From positions 894-64,893 of the forward strand of contig CAYPKR010000002.1 in NCBI GenBank assembly GCA_964411375.1: DNA of 64,000 bases, in the 5' to 3' direction. The translations under genes and the position numbers were made by a program. The notes under the pieces were generated by a model that had not been told where the DNA came from, made no database searches, and was given only the letters and a program-made list of their open reading frames with translations. This document shows, in pieces, positions 1 through 9,159 of this stretch. The DNA comes from an uncultured Candidatus Saccharibacteria bacterium. Lineage in GTDB: Bacteria > Patescibacteriota > Minisyncoccia > Phycocordibacterales > UBA12088. Numbering within the stretch: position 1 is the first letter of the stretch; each line of letters opens with the position of its first letter.

Positions 1-248
1 TGAGGGGAAGCTTTTTCGTGCTACGTCCGCGTGTCGGCACAAACTTGCATACACACACGAGCCGATGACACCAAAGTGTTTTGCGTATACATCAACAAAA
101 AGATTGTCGGACTGATACCAACCTTTTTTTCTTGAATCTTTTACAACAAATGTTTCTGTATCCATAAAATATCACTTTAGTTTCATCGGCATTGAGTGAT
201 AGATATAGTATATCAGGCAGTGTACAGAAGTGTCTATATTTTACAGTA

Positions 249-290
249 TTGACATCTGTGGACATAAAAAGACATTTGTAATACAATATA
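249..290 (+). promoter_or_regulatory. Candidate promoter/operator upstream of the HTH gene
   Basis: TTGACA at 249-254. TGGACA at 259-264, a 17-nt spacer, then TACAAT at 282-287. Three GACAT pentamers at 251-255, 261-265 and 271-275 are phased exactly 10 bp apart. Confidence 0.3.
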
Positions 291-310
291 GAAACGATAA
301 AACCTGATTT

Positions 311-547
311 ATGAAAGACACTCAATTTACATTATTGACACTTCAAGAGGTTGCCGATGAGCTTCGTGTAAACCCTCGTACAGTGTTCCGATTGATACGC
401 GGAGAGAATACAACGGGGAAAAAACTTCCAGCAGTTATGGTTGGACATTCGTGGCGTATTCGCAGAGATGACCTCAATAAGTTTCTTGTTGAAAATCTCA
501 ATCTGAACACGCCTGCGAAAAAGACGAAGCCAAAAAAGAAAAAATGA
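311..547 (+). CDS. Small helix-turn-helix DNA-binding protein, excisionase/AlpA-like, with a Lys-rich tail
   Basis: 78 aa. 'LTLQEVADELRVNPRTVFRLIRGE' is a typical HTH. The stop overlaps the hsdM start (ATGA overlap at 544-547). It leads the island operon. Confidence 0.55.
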   Translation: MKDTQFTLLTLQEVADELRVNPRTVFRLIRGENTTGKKLPAVMVGHSWRIRRDDLNKFLVENLNLNTPAKKTKPKKKK

Positions 548-2004
548 AAACTACTACTAAACCACAACCAACAAAGGACGCACTAACCAAATCAGATATC
601 AAGCGTGTATGCGATATTCTTCGTCGTGATGATGGGGTTGGTGCAAAGGACTACATTGAGCAGTTTTCTTGGCTTCTTTTCTTGAAGGTCTTTGAGGGTG
701 TTGAGTGGCAACTCAAAGAACTTGAAGAAGCGGAGGGAAGAAAGTACAAAGCGGTCATAGATACCGAGTATCAGTGGTCTTCTTGGGCTAAAAAGGACTG
801 GAAAGACAAGGACGAGCTTGTACACTTCATCAATCAAAAGCTATTCCCTTATCTCAAGTCCCTGAAAGGTACTCGCGAAAGAGACAAAATCGGTGAGATA
901 TTCCGTGAGCTTTCTGGCAATCGTATTCGCTCACCTCACAATCTCCTAGATGTTATCGGTATTTTGGACAAGATAGAGAAACACCACTTTCAGGATACAA
1001 ACCTGCTTTCACAGGTCTACGAAGAAATCCTACAAGCTATGGGTAGTGAGGGTGGCTGGTCAGGAGAGTTCTATACTCCGCGCCCCATCATTCGTCTGAT
1101 GGTCAAAGTTGTTGACCCAAAAATAGGAGAAACAATCTTTGACCCATTCGTAGGTTCTGGAGGTTTTCTTGTTGAGAGTTTCAATCAACTGTACGAAAAG
1201 TCAGCAAAAGATGTGCGGGCTTGGAGAACACTGCAAACAAAAACTTTTTATGGACAAGAAAAGAAACCTCTACCGTTCCTTATCGGGACAATGAACCTCA
1301 TTCTCCATCATATTCTTGTGCCAAATCTCACACGCTCAAATACTTTTATGGAAGACGTCCATAACGTATCAGAAGAAACAAAGAGGGATATTATTTTGAC
1401 CAACCCACCTTTCGGTGCAGAAGAATCAAAAGTAGTCCAGAATAACTACCCGATACAGGTTGGAGCAACGGAAGCACTGGCTCTCCAGTACATTATGAAG
1501 CACCTAAAAAATGGTGGGCGTTGCGGAGTTATCCTTCCAGAAAGCAATGTATTGTTTGGTGGTGGGGCTGTCGCACGAATACGTCAGGAGTTGTTAGAGA
1601 AGTTCAATGTACATACGATTATTTCTTTGCCATCGGGAGTTTTTGCTCAAATGGGTGCAAATAGCGTAAAGACGAGTCTAATCTTTTTTGATAAAACTGG
1701 TTCTACAAAAGAAATATGGTTTGGCGAAGTTTACGGCAAGTTCTCAAAGAGAAAAAAGAATATAGGCGACTCTCATCTTGAGGACATTTTTGAGCAATGG
1801 AAAAAGCGTGAAGTTTCTGAAAACTCGTGGATAGTTCCTATTGAGGAAATAAAAAAGGGTGGTTTTGACCTTACCCCCAAAAATCCAAACACCAAAGATA
1901 CAAGGGTACTCCTTTCTCCAAAGGAGACACTTCGTGCAATAGAGGATATCCAGAACAAGATAGACGCTGTCCTTTTGGAGCTAAAAGAGGCAACCGCCGA
2001 ATAA
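544..2004 (+). CDS. hsdM: Type I restriction-modification system M subunit (N6-adenine DNA methyltransferase)
   Basis: 486 aa. Has the N-terminal HsdM region, the 'TNPPFG' catalytic motif (ILTNPPFGAEE) and an AdoMet-binding 'DPFVGSGGFL' motif. Confidence 0.9.
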   Translation: MKTTTKPQPTKDALTKSDIKRVCDILRRDDGVGAKDYIEQFSWLLFLKVFEGVEWQLKELEEAEGRKYKAVIDTEYQWSSWAKKDWKDKDELVHFINQKLFPYLKSLKGTRERDKIGEIFRELSGNRIRSPHNLLDVIGILDKIEKHHFQDTNLLSQVYEEILQAMGSEGGWSGEFYTPRPIIRLMVKVVDPKIGETIFDPFVGSGGFLVESFNQLYEKSAKDVRAWRTLQTKTFYGQEKKPLPFLIGTMNLILHHILVPNLTRSNTFMEDVHNVSEETKRDIILTNPPFGAEESKVVQNNYPIQVGATEALALQYIMKHLKNGGRCGVILPESNVLFGGGAVARIRQELLEKFNVHTIISLPSGVFAQMGANSVKTSLIFFDKTGSTKEIWFGEVYGKFSKRKKNIGDSHLEDIFEQWKKREVSENSWIVPIEEIKKGGFDLTPKNPNTKDTRVLLSPKETLRAIEDIQNKIDAVLLELKEATAE

Positions 2005-2008
2005 ATAT

Positions 2009-2566
2009 ATGAGAACACAAAAAGTACAACTTGAAGAAATACTAGGATACGAACAGCCAACAAAATATATTGTTAGTTCATCAGTATATTCAGCAGATGA
2101 AAAACAAACTGCTGTGCTTACGGCTGGAAAAACATTCATCTTGGGCTATACAGGCGAAACAGACGGTATTTTCCCAAAGGAAAAACTCCCAGTTATTATT
2201 TTTGATGATTTTACTACTGCAACAAAATACGTAGATTTTCCTTTCAAGGTGAAGTCATCTGCTATGAAGATTTTGCATATAGATAAAGATAAGGCAGACC
2301 CTCGTTATGTATTTTATTTATTGCAATCCATTACATTCCCTGTAAAGAAACACAAGCGTCATTGGATATCGGAATACTCTAAAATCTTTGTGGATTTGCC
2401 TCCTATTTCTGAACAGAAAAAAATATCAGAAAGGTTAGAAAAGTCCCTCAAAGTTATTGACTCAAAAGTCGGTCTTGTTACAGATTTGCTTCTAAAACAA
2501 AAAGCGTTGTTCGCAGGACTGCGCTCTTCAGTATTGAGAGCGACTTTTGTAGTCAAAGAAAAATAA
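2009..2566 (+). CDS. hsdS: Type I R-M specificity subunit, half-size with a single target-recognition domain
   Basis: 185 aa. The C-terminal conserved HsdS region 'LPPISEQKKISERLEK...LLLKQKALFAGL' is present. Only one TRD precedes it. It lies 4 nt after hsdM and 1 nt before hsdR. Confidence 0.7.
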   Translation: MRTQKVQLEEILGYEQPTKYIVSSSVYSADEKQTAVLTAGKTFILGYTGETDGIFPKEKLPVIIFDDFTTATKYVDFPFKVKSSAMKILHIDKDKADPRYVFYLLQSITFPVKKHKRHWISEYSKIFVDLPPISEQKKISERLEKSLKVIDSKVGLVTDLLLKQKALFAGLRSSVLRATFVVKEK

Positions 2567-2567
2567 T

Positions 2568-5027
2568 ATGCCATATTCAGAAGATGATACAAGGGTCAAA
2601 ATCATAGACCCACAAATACACGAAAACGGATGGAAAGAGGAATATATCCTTCGCAACTATCCTATTGCTGACGACCGCTTCTACGTTGAAGGAGAGGATT
2701 ACAAACGTCTTCCGACTGCGAAGTTCGCTGATTATGTTCTTCTTTTCAACAATGTTCCTATCGCTGTATTAGAGGCAAAAGCGGAAGATGTAGAACCTCA
2801 CAAACACTTGAGCCAAGCACAGGACTATGCAAAGCGACTTGATGTACCTTTCGCATACGTTTCTAACGGTAAGACAACTCATCTCCACGACCGTCGTACT
2901 CTAAAAACCGAAGAAGTTTCTAGCTACCTTTCCCCTGAAGAAATGTTTGAGGCGTACAAGGAATGGAAAGGGTTTTCTGACCAGAAACTAGACGCCCTTA
3001 CATACCCACTTTATGTATCAGGTACAAAGCGTCCTCGTTCGTATCAGGAAACAGCAATAAAAAACACCGTTGAAAACATCGTCAAAGGAAAGAAAACTAC
3101 TCTCCTTACAATGGCGACAGGTACTGGTAAAACTTTTACAGCATTTCAGATTGTGTGGAAACTCGTGAAGTCAAAACACATTCACCGTGTACTTTTCCTT
3201 TGCGACAGAATAATCCTTCGTGATGACGCATATAGTAGAGATTTTGAGCCGTTTGGTGAAGCACGATGCAAGATTGAGGGCGGTGATTTCAATGCCAACC
3301 GAGATATGTACTTTGCTACATACCAGACCCTTTTCACTAACGACCTCTACAAACAAATACCACCTGATTTCTTTGACCTTATCGTGATTGATGAGTGTCA
3401 TCGTTCTCGTTATGGCGACTGGGGTGATGTGTTGGAGCATTTCCAATCAGCACAACAACTTGGAATGACTGCTACTCCGAAGCGTGAAGACAACATTGAT
3501 GTCTACGAATACTTTGGCGAGCCAGTTTTTGAGTACTCACTTGGACAAGCGATTGAGGACGGATATCTAGTACCGTACAAAATCTTCAAGGTTACAACCA
3601 ACCTCTACAAAGAAGGATTGAATGTTTCTTCTGCTGAAGAAGTTATTTACGATGATGATATAGAACCAGAGGAAGTAAAAGATTTTTACGAGCCATCAGA
3701 ATATGAGCGTGCAGTTACTATCCCAGAACAGATAGACCTACTCTCAAAGAAAGTTATTGAGGTTTTGGATAAGACCAACCAATACGGCAAGACCATTATC
3801 TTCTGCGTAGATATGGCACACGCACAAGCGGTAAAAGATAAGCTCAACGAACTAAAAGCGAATGAGGATTATGCTACTCGCATCGTTGCCGAAGACAAAG
3901 ATGACCTGACAAAGTTCCGAGATAAGGAACGAGTAATGCCTGTTGTTGCTACAACGGTAGACCTTCTCTCAACTGGTGTTGATATTCCATACGTTGAAAA
4001 CATTGTCTTTATGCGTCCTATCGCATCACGCGTGTTGTTCAAGCAGATACTTGGACGTGGCTCACGTCTCTTTGATGGAAAGGGCTTCTTTAGGATTATA
4101 GATTTCACCAACGCTACTCGCTTGATTGACGAGTGGGATATTCCAACTGAAAAACCAGAACCACCAGAGCCACCTGAAGAACCAATCGCACCTTATGACA
4201 AACTCGTAATGGGTATTGTTGTGGACAACAAAACGGAGACCCCTATCGCAAGTGCAATAGTAAAAGCAAAACTTGGACGCTGGGAGAAACTAGGAAAGAC
4301 AGATGCAGACGGTATCTTCAAGATTTTTGGCTTGCCATCAAATGACGCTGTAAGTATCAGTATTGAACACCCAGAATATAAGAAGTTGAGCAATAAACTG
4401 AAGCCACACGAGAACGAAGAAGAAACTCCGTATGAGTTCCGATTGAAATCGTGGAAGGCAGTACCAAAGAAGATAACTGTCAAAGGCATTGTGGTTACGA
4501 TTGATGAAGAAGTAGAAGTTGAGTTTGATGGTATGAAGCTCTCGTATGCGGAGTACCGCAAATACTCTAAAGAAAAGATTGCTCAAACAATCCATTCTTC
4601 GGATGAGCTTCGTGCTATCTGGCTAGACCCAGAAAAGCGTGAGAAGTTTATTTCCGACCTTGAGGCAATGAAGGTAAATATCACACTCATAAAATCTATT
4701 GAGAATCTAGAAGATGTAGACGCTTTTGACATCGTTGCTCACATTGCCTTTGACGCTCCATTGATGACACGCGAAGACCGAGTGAAGCACTTTATGAGGC
4801 AGAACTCCAAGAGCATAGACCAATACGGTAAGGAGATTGGCGAAGCTATCCGCGAGATTATGGAGAAGTACAAAAACAGTGGCGAAGAAAATCTCTCCGC
4901 GCAGGCATTTCTCCTACCGAATATGAACGCAAAGAAAGAAGCTATCCAAGCGAAATACCCCGATGGTTTGTATGGCTTCATACATAACCTGAAAGAGAAA
5001 GTTTACGCCTTTGCAGGTAGAAACTGA
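2568..5027 (+). CDS. hsdR: Type I restriction enzyme R subunit with an inserted beta-sandwich domain
   Basis: 819 aa. N-terminal PD-(D/E)xK region (VLEAK). SF2 helicase motifs: 'TMATGTGKT', 'DECH', 'MTATPKR' and 'QILGRGSR'. A C-terminal region resembles the EcoEI_R_C type (DELRAIWLDPEKREKF). A carboxypeptidase-regulatory-like segment follows a PEPPEPPEEP linker. Confidence 0.9.
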   Translation: MPYSEDDTRVKIIDPQIHENGWKEEYILRNYPIADDRFYVEGEDYKRLPTAKFADYVLLFNNVPIAVLEAKAEDVEPHKHLSQAQDYAKRLDVPFAYVSNGKTTHLHDRRTLKTEEVSSYLSPEEMFEAYKEWKGFSDQKLDALTYPLYVSGTKRPRSYQETAIKNTVENIVKGKKTTLLTMATGTGKTFTAFQIVWKLVKSKHIHRVLFLCDRIILRDDAYSRDFEPFGEARCKIEGGDFNANRDMYFATYQTLFTNDLYKQIPPDFFDLIVIDECHRSRYGDWGDVLEHFQSAQQLGMTATPKREDNIDVYEYFGEPVFEYSLGQAIEDGYLVPYKIFKVTTNLYKEGLNVSSAEEVIYDDDIEPEEVKDFYEPSEYERAVTIPEQIDLLSKKVIEVLDKTNQYGKTIIFCVDMAHAQAVKDKLNELKANEDYATRIVAEDKDDLTKFRDKERVMPVVATTVDLLSTGVDIPYVENIVFMRPIASRVLFKQILGRGSRLFDGKGFFRIIDFTNATRLIDEWDIPTEKPEPPEPPEEPIAPYDKLVMGIVVDNKTETPIASAIVKAKLGRWEKLGKTDADGIFKIFGLPSNDAVSISIEHPEYKKLSNKLKPHENEEETPYEFRLKSWKAVPKKITVKGIVVTIDEEVEVEFDGMKLSYAEYRKYSKEKIAQTIHSSDELRAIWLDPEKREKFISDLEAMKVNITLIKSIENLEDVDAFDIVAHIAFDAPLMTREDRVKHFMRQNSKSIDQYGKEIGEAIREIMEKYKNSGEENLSAQAFLLPNMNAKKEAIQAKYPDGLYGFIHNLKEKVYAFAGRN

Positions 5028-5041
5028 TATGAAGAAACCCT

Positions 5042-7333
5042 ATGAATACAAAACGCATCAAAGAAATAAAGAATACGGACGCCTTTGATGTTTTCAACTG
5101 GGCTGGAGACGACCTAAAAAAATACAATCTAATATATGGCTGGAATGGTTCGGGAAAGACAACCATCTCTCGTGTATTCAACTTCCTTGAAAGAAAGGAG
5201 GTTCACATCAAAGACCTCACTGCGATAGAGTTTTCTATTGATACAGATAGTGGACTAATCAAGCAAACAGGGCTACCGACTCACTCACTGAATGTTCGTG
5301 TTTTCAACGAGGACTTCATATCTGAAAACCTGCTCTTTGAGCAGTCCCACGCAAAAAAGATTGTAATACTAGGCAAGGAAAATGTTGCTGTACAGAAAGA
5401 AATAGAAGAACTTGGTACACAGTTATCGGAAAAAGAAAAAACTATTATTGGGCTAGAGGAACAGCTCAATCGTGTCCCAGACCTAAATGCAATACTCTCA
5501 AAAGCAGGAAGTGATGTACCACAGCAGTTTGCAAACACACCTCTTGCAGGTAGTAGTTACTACGGCAGAAGCTACAACAAAACAAAGGTAGATAAGCGAC
5601 TTGAGAACGGAAACGTTAGCGAAAGCAATCTTACTTCTTTGATATTGGACGCAACAACATTTGATGAGAAAAAGGACACGATAAAAAATGAGAAGAAAGC
5701 AATAGAAACTACTATCGCAGACATTCCTGATTTATCAACTATTTTTGCTAGTGCGAATGGATTGCTAAACACCTCCATCACCATCACCGAGATTGAGGAG
5801 CTAAAAGATGACAAGCCACTCCGCGACTGGGTTGAAAAGGGTTACGAACTGCACAGAGATAGAAAACTAAACGAATGTAAGTTCTGTAAAAGTAATCTTT
5901 CTGATGACCTACTTACTCATCTTGGGAGTTTCTTTACTGACGAGTTACAGAAAGCTAAAACGCAGATAGAAAGTACTGTGTCATCTCTCAATACACAGTT
6001 TGCAAGTGGCGCACTCAACTTGGAAGCAAATACTCTTTTCCCTGAGCTAGCGAGACAGTTTGAGACCCCAAAGAGTGAGCTATCAACTCAAGTAAAAGTC
6101 ATTGAGGGAGCAATAGCTTCTTTAGTATCCCAGTTGAAAGAAAAAAGCACTAATCTTCACGACCACACAAAGAAACACACGCCCATTGAATATCCTACCG
6201 AAGCTATAACTAAGGCAAATACAGCACTAGAAAAGATACGCACTATTATCGCAGAACACAACAGAAAAGTTGGAACGATAGCAGATGAGGTGAAGAAATC
6301 AGCAGAAGCCATTGAGCTACACATCATCGCAAAAACTCTAACCGATAGAGAGTACTTCAAGCACAAGAAAGAGGAAGAAAGGATAAGGGCAGACATAGCT
6401 AAAACAATGACAGAGCGGTCTGTCATTGATGGTCAAATAAAAACAAAAAAAGCGTCATTGCAGAATGCCACTGATGCAGTGGAAAAAATCAATGCCATCT
6501 TGGCAGAGTTTTTTGGCAGTGAGTATATCCATTTAGAGGTTTCAGAAACGGCTAGCAAGGAAATAGAATATGTACTGAAGCGAAAGGACAAGAATGCTAA
6601 ACATTTGAGCGAGGGTGAAGCGAGTGTATTAGCTCTGGTCTATTTCCTAGTAAAACTAGAAGAAGACGGATGTGATAAAAAGAACTGCCTTATTGTTGTA
6701 GACGACCCAGTAGACAGTCAGGACAGCAACTTCTTATTCCGTACTTTTGGATTACTAAAAAGGCAACTAAAAGATACTGGACAGTTGATTGTACTTACCC
6801 ACAACTTTGAGTTTTTCAATCTCATACGAGATTGGTATCTCACCAGACAAATGAGAGATACTTCGGCACTATTTTTTATCTCTCACAACAAAACAGGGAC
6901 ACCTCAAGAAGTAAAAGTTGATAATCTACCAAACTTGCTCAAAGATTATAAGAGTGAGTACCAATACTTATTTTCACGACTGTATAGATACTCAGGTGAT
7001 ATTGAGCAACTTGATGAACCTCTTGTGGCAAACCTAGCCCGTAAAGTTTTGGAGTATTTCGCAGGTTTCAAGTGGGCGTGTAAAACGACAGAGGATTTTA
7101 CAAACATCGTAACTCATCGTTTCGTCTCCAGTGAAGAAGAACTAAAGAAAGGGACTGGTGATTTTATTGTAAAGTTCCTGCACGAGTACTCACACGGACA
7201 GGATTTCTCAAGACCTATATCCGCTTCAATGCTGGAAAGTAAACAGATAGCAAAGAATGTACTTGAGTTTATCCGTCTCGCTGATGATGACCACTACGAC
7301 CGTTTAGAAAAGCTATCCAAAGGCGAGGAATAG
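5042..7333 (+). CDS. rloC: RloC/PrrC-like AAA_13 ABC ATPase with a coiled-coil CxxC zinc hook; putative anticodon nuclease
   Basis: 763 aa. Walker A 'NLIYGWNGSGKTTISRVF' sits at the N-terminus. A ~400-aa coiled-coil insert contains 'NECKFCKSN' (CxxC). After it come the signature-like 'LSEGEASVLAL', Walker B 'LIVVDDPVDS' and H-loop 'LTHN'. A ~160-aa C-terminal domain follows. The gene lies 15 nt downstream of hsdR. Confidence 0.6.
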   Translation: MNTKRIKEIKNTDAFDVFNWAGDDLKKYNLIYGWNGSGKTTISRVFNFLERKEVHIKDLTAIEFSIDTDSGLIKQTGLPTHSLNVRVFNEDFISENLLFEQSHAKKIVILGKENVAVQKEIEELGTQLSEKEKTIIGLEEQLNRVPDLNAILSKAGSDVPQQFANTPLAGSSYYGRSYNKTKVDKRLENGNVSESNLTSLILDATTFDEKKDTIKNEKKAIETTIADIPDLSTIFASANGLLNTSITITEIEELKDDKPLRDWVEKGYELHRDRKLNECKFCKSNLSDDLLTHLGSFFTDELQKAKTQIESTVSSLNTQFASGALNLEANTLFPELARQFETPKSELSTQVKVIEGAIASLVSQLKEKSTNLHDHTKKHTPIEYPTEAITKANTALEKIRTIIAEHNRKVGTIADEVKKSAEAIELHIIAKTLTDREYFKHKKEEERIRADIAKTMTERSVIDGQIKTKKASLQNATDAVEKINAILAEFFGSEYIHLEVSETASKEIEYVLKRKDKNAKHLSEGEASVLALVYFLVKLEEDGCDKKNCLIVVDDPVDSQDSNFLFRTFGLLKRQLKDTGQLIVLTHNFEFFNLIRDWYLTRQMRDTSALFFISHNKTGTPQEVKVDNLPNLLKDYKSEYQYLFSRLYRYSGDIEQLDEPLVANLARKVLEYFAGFKWACKTTEDFTNIVTHRFVSSEEELKKGTGDFIVKFLHEYSHGQDFSRPISASMLESKQIAKNVLEFIRLADDDHYDRLEKLSKGEE

Positions 7334-7386
7334 TTGAATGTAATGTAATGAGAGTTATGGCACATAGAAAATGCTAAAATACCAAT

Positions 7387-7794
7387 ATGAACGTTTTACC
7401 TAAAACAAAGACACTCCTCTACGGCATACTCATCACGGCATTTTTGTATGTGAGTGTTTTTGCCCTACCAGCAATGGCAACGATGGAACATCACGAGATG
7501 GGAGGTGGTATGAGCAACTGTCCCTTTATGATCGGCGAAACTGCATTGTGTCAGATGAACATTTTTGACCATATCGCTTCGTGGCAAGCGATGTTTACCG
7601 CTCTCCCTGCTGAACTCTCAACCGTTCTTCTACTTTTGCTTTCGTTAGTCCTTGCGTGGGTATGGTTACGACATCTCTTTGACCCACCCGATACCTCGCA
7701 ACTAAAATCACTTTTTTCATATTCAAGGGAAACACACGCTCCCTCTTTTAGAGAAGTACTTTTAGGCAGTGTCATAAGTCCTCGCGCTCCATAG
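7387..7794 (+). CDS. Membrane protein with a Met/His/Cys-rich segment (MATMEHHEMGGGMSNCPFM)
   Basis: 135 aa with an N-terminal TM helix and a second hydrophobic segment. No family was recognised. Confidence 0.4.
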   Translation: MNVLPKTKTLLYGILITAFLYVSVFALPAMATMEHHEMGGGMSNCPFMIGETALCQMNIFDHIASWQAMFTALPAELSTVLLLLLSLVLAWVWLRHLFDPPDTSQLKSLFSYSRETHAPSFREVLLGSVISPRAP

Positions 7795-7838
7795 TTTTGT
7801 TGCATTTGTTCTTATTACAAACTAGCAACTAAAACTAT

Positions 7839-8207
7839 ATGGAAAATACAAAAAACAATGTTCTCGTTATTGGTCTACTAACCTTGTTACTCGGTCTCGT
7901 GATTGGTTACTTTGTTGGTACAAGCCGTCCGACATATCAGCAAGCACCTATATCAACCTCATCAGGTATGCACGGTGCAATGGGTGGAATGATGATGGGT
8001 TTGGAGGGTAAAACAGGAGATGCACTTGATTTAGCGTTTCTTGATGGAATGATTATCCACCACGAAGGAGCGGTTGAAATGGCACAAGCACTCCTCAAAG
8101 GAACAAAGCGACCAGAGCTTATCAAACTAGGCAACGACATCATCACTGCTCAAACAGGAGAAATCCAAATGATGAAAGAGTGGCGTAAGACGTGGTTCAA
8201 CCAATAA
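7839..8207 (+). CDS. DUF305 family protein
   Basis: 122 aa. 'LDLAFLDGMIIHHEGAVEMAQ' matches the DUF305 HH motif. Has an N-terminal TM helix and a Met-rich 'GMHGAMGGMMMG' stretch. Confidence 0.65.
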   Translation: MENTKNNVLVIGLLTLLLGLVIGYFVGTSRPTYQQAPISTSSGMHGAMGGMMMGLEGKTGDALDLAFLDGMIIHHEGAVEMAQALLKGTKRPELIKLGNDIITAQTGEIQMMKEWRKTWFNQ

Positions 8208-9112
8208 AACCTATGCAGAAAAACTATCTCATAGGTGGTGTAGTCGTTCTGGTCATTGTCGGTGGACTGTTCCTGTTTAGTTCTGGCAGTAAGCCAATAG
8301 AAAGTACTACTGGAAATGCACTTACTCCAGCAACATCATTCAGTCATTCTCACGGCATAGCCGTAGATACTACTGACGCAACGAAGGTGTACATTGCCAC
8401 ACACGAAGGTTTGTATCTTCTTCAAGGCGATAAAGACCTATTCCAAATCGGTAAAGTACGAGATGACCTGATGGGCTTCTCTGCACACCCTACTGACGCA
8501 AACACATTCTTCAGTAGCGGACACCCATCACGCGGAGGCAACATCGGCTTTCAGAAAACTACTGATGGAGGCATAACGTGGGAACGCTTGTCTGACGGTC
8601 TCGGTGGTCGCGTTGACTTCCACTCAATGACCGTGAGCCAAGTAAATCCTGACATCGTGTACGGTTTCTTTGGGAACAAACTCCAAAGAAGTACCGATGG
8701 TGGTCGTTCGTGGGAATATGCAAAAGGCACAGTTGCACCAATCTCACTTTCATCTGACCCAAAGAATGAAAGTATTGTCTACGCCTCAACTCAAAATGGG
8801 GTTGTGGTAAGTAACGACAAGGGCGACACTTGGCAGAGCATATCTCCACAACTAGAAGGTGGGGCGGTAAGTGTGTTTGCTGTTGACCCTCTCTCTACCA
8901 ACGCACTCTCGTTCTCCGAAAAGCTCGGCGGAATGGGTAAAAGTGTTGATGGAGGTAAAAGCTGGGAGAAAATACCAGAAACATTTGGAGGTGAAGCAGT
9001 GCTGTATATTTCGCACAGCAAATCTACGACTGGCACGGTGTACGCACTTACGAATAAAAACAGCGTGTACAAAAGCACCGATAGCGGAGCAACGTGGACA
9101 AAGGTACGGTAA
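8192..9112 (+). CDS. BNR/Asp-box repeat beta-propeller protein, membrane-anchored
   Basis: 306 aa. Repeated S-x-D-x-G-x-T-W motifs: 'TTDGGITWE', 'STDGGRSWE', 'SNDKGDTWQ', 'SVDGGKSWE' and 'STDSGATWT'. N-terminal TM helix. The start may be the downstream Met at 8213. Confidence 0.65.
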   Translation: MVQPIKPMQKNYLIGGVVVLVIVGGLFLFSSGSKPIESTTGNALTPATSFSHSHGIAVDTTDATKVYIATHEGLYLLQGDKDLFQIGKVRDDLMGFSAHPTDANTFFSSGHPSRGGNIGFQKTTDGGITWERLSDGLGGRVDFHSMTVSQVNPDIVYGFFGNKLQRSTDGGRSWEYAKGTVAPISLSSDPKNESIVYASTQNGVVVSNDKGDTWQSISPQLEGGAVSVFAVDPLSTNALSFSEKLGGMGKSVDGGKSWEKIPETFGGEAVLYISHSKSTTGTVYALTNKNSVYKSTDSGATWTKVR

Positions 9113-9136
9113 ACAAATCATTAGCAAGAAGTGAAG

Positions 9137-9157
9137 CACCCCGACAAGGGGTGTTTT
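9137..9157. terminator. Bidirectional hairpin terminator between the convergent BNR and integrase genes
   Basis: CACCCC-gacaa-GGGGTG followed by TTTT. Confidence 0.45.
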
Positions 9158-9159
9158 GC

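Noticed and set aside
92-325. 77-aa minus-strand ORF across the island promoter
   Set aside because: It is AT-rich low-complexity sequence with no RBS. It overlaps the promoter/operator repeats and the HTH gene start. It is likely spurious.
3171-4595. Minus-strand ORFs of 80-122 aa inside hsdR
   Set aside because: They are antisense to a motif-supported helicase gene and have low-complexity Ser/Phe-rich translations.
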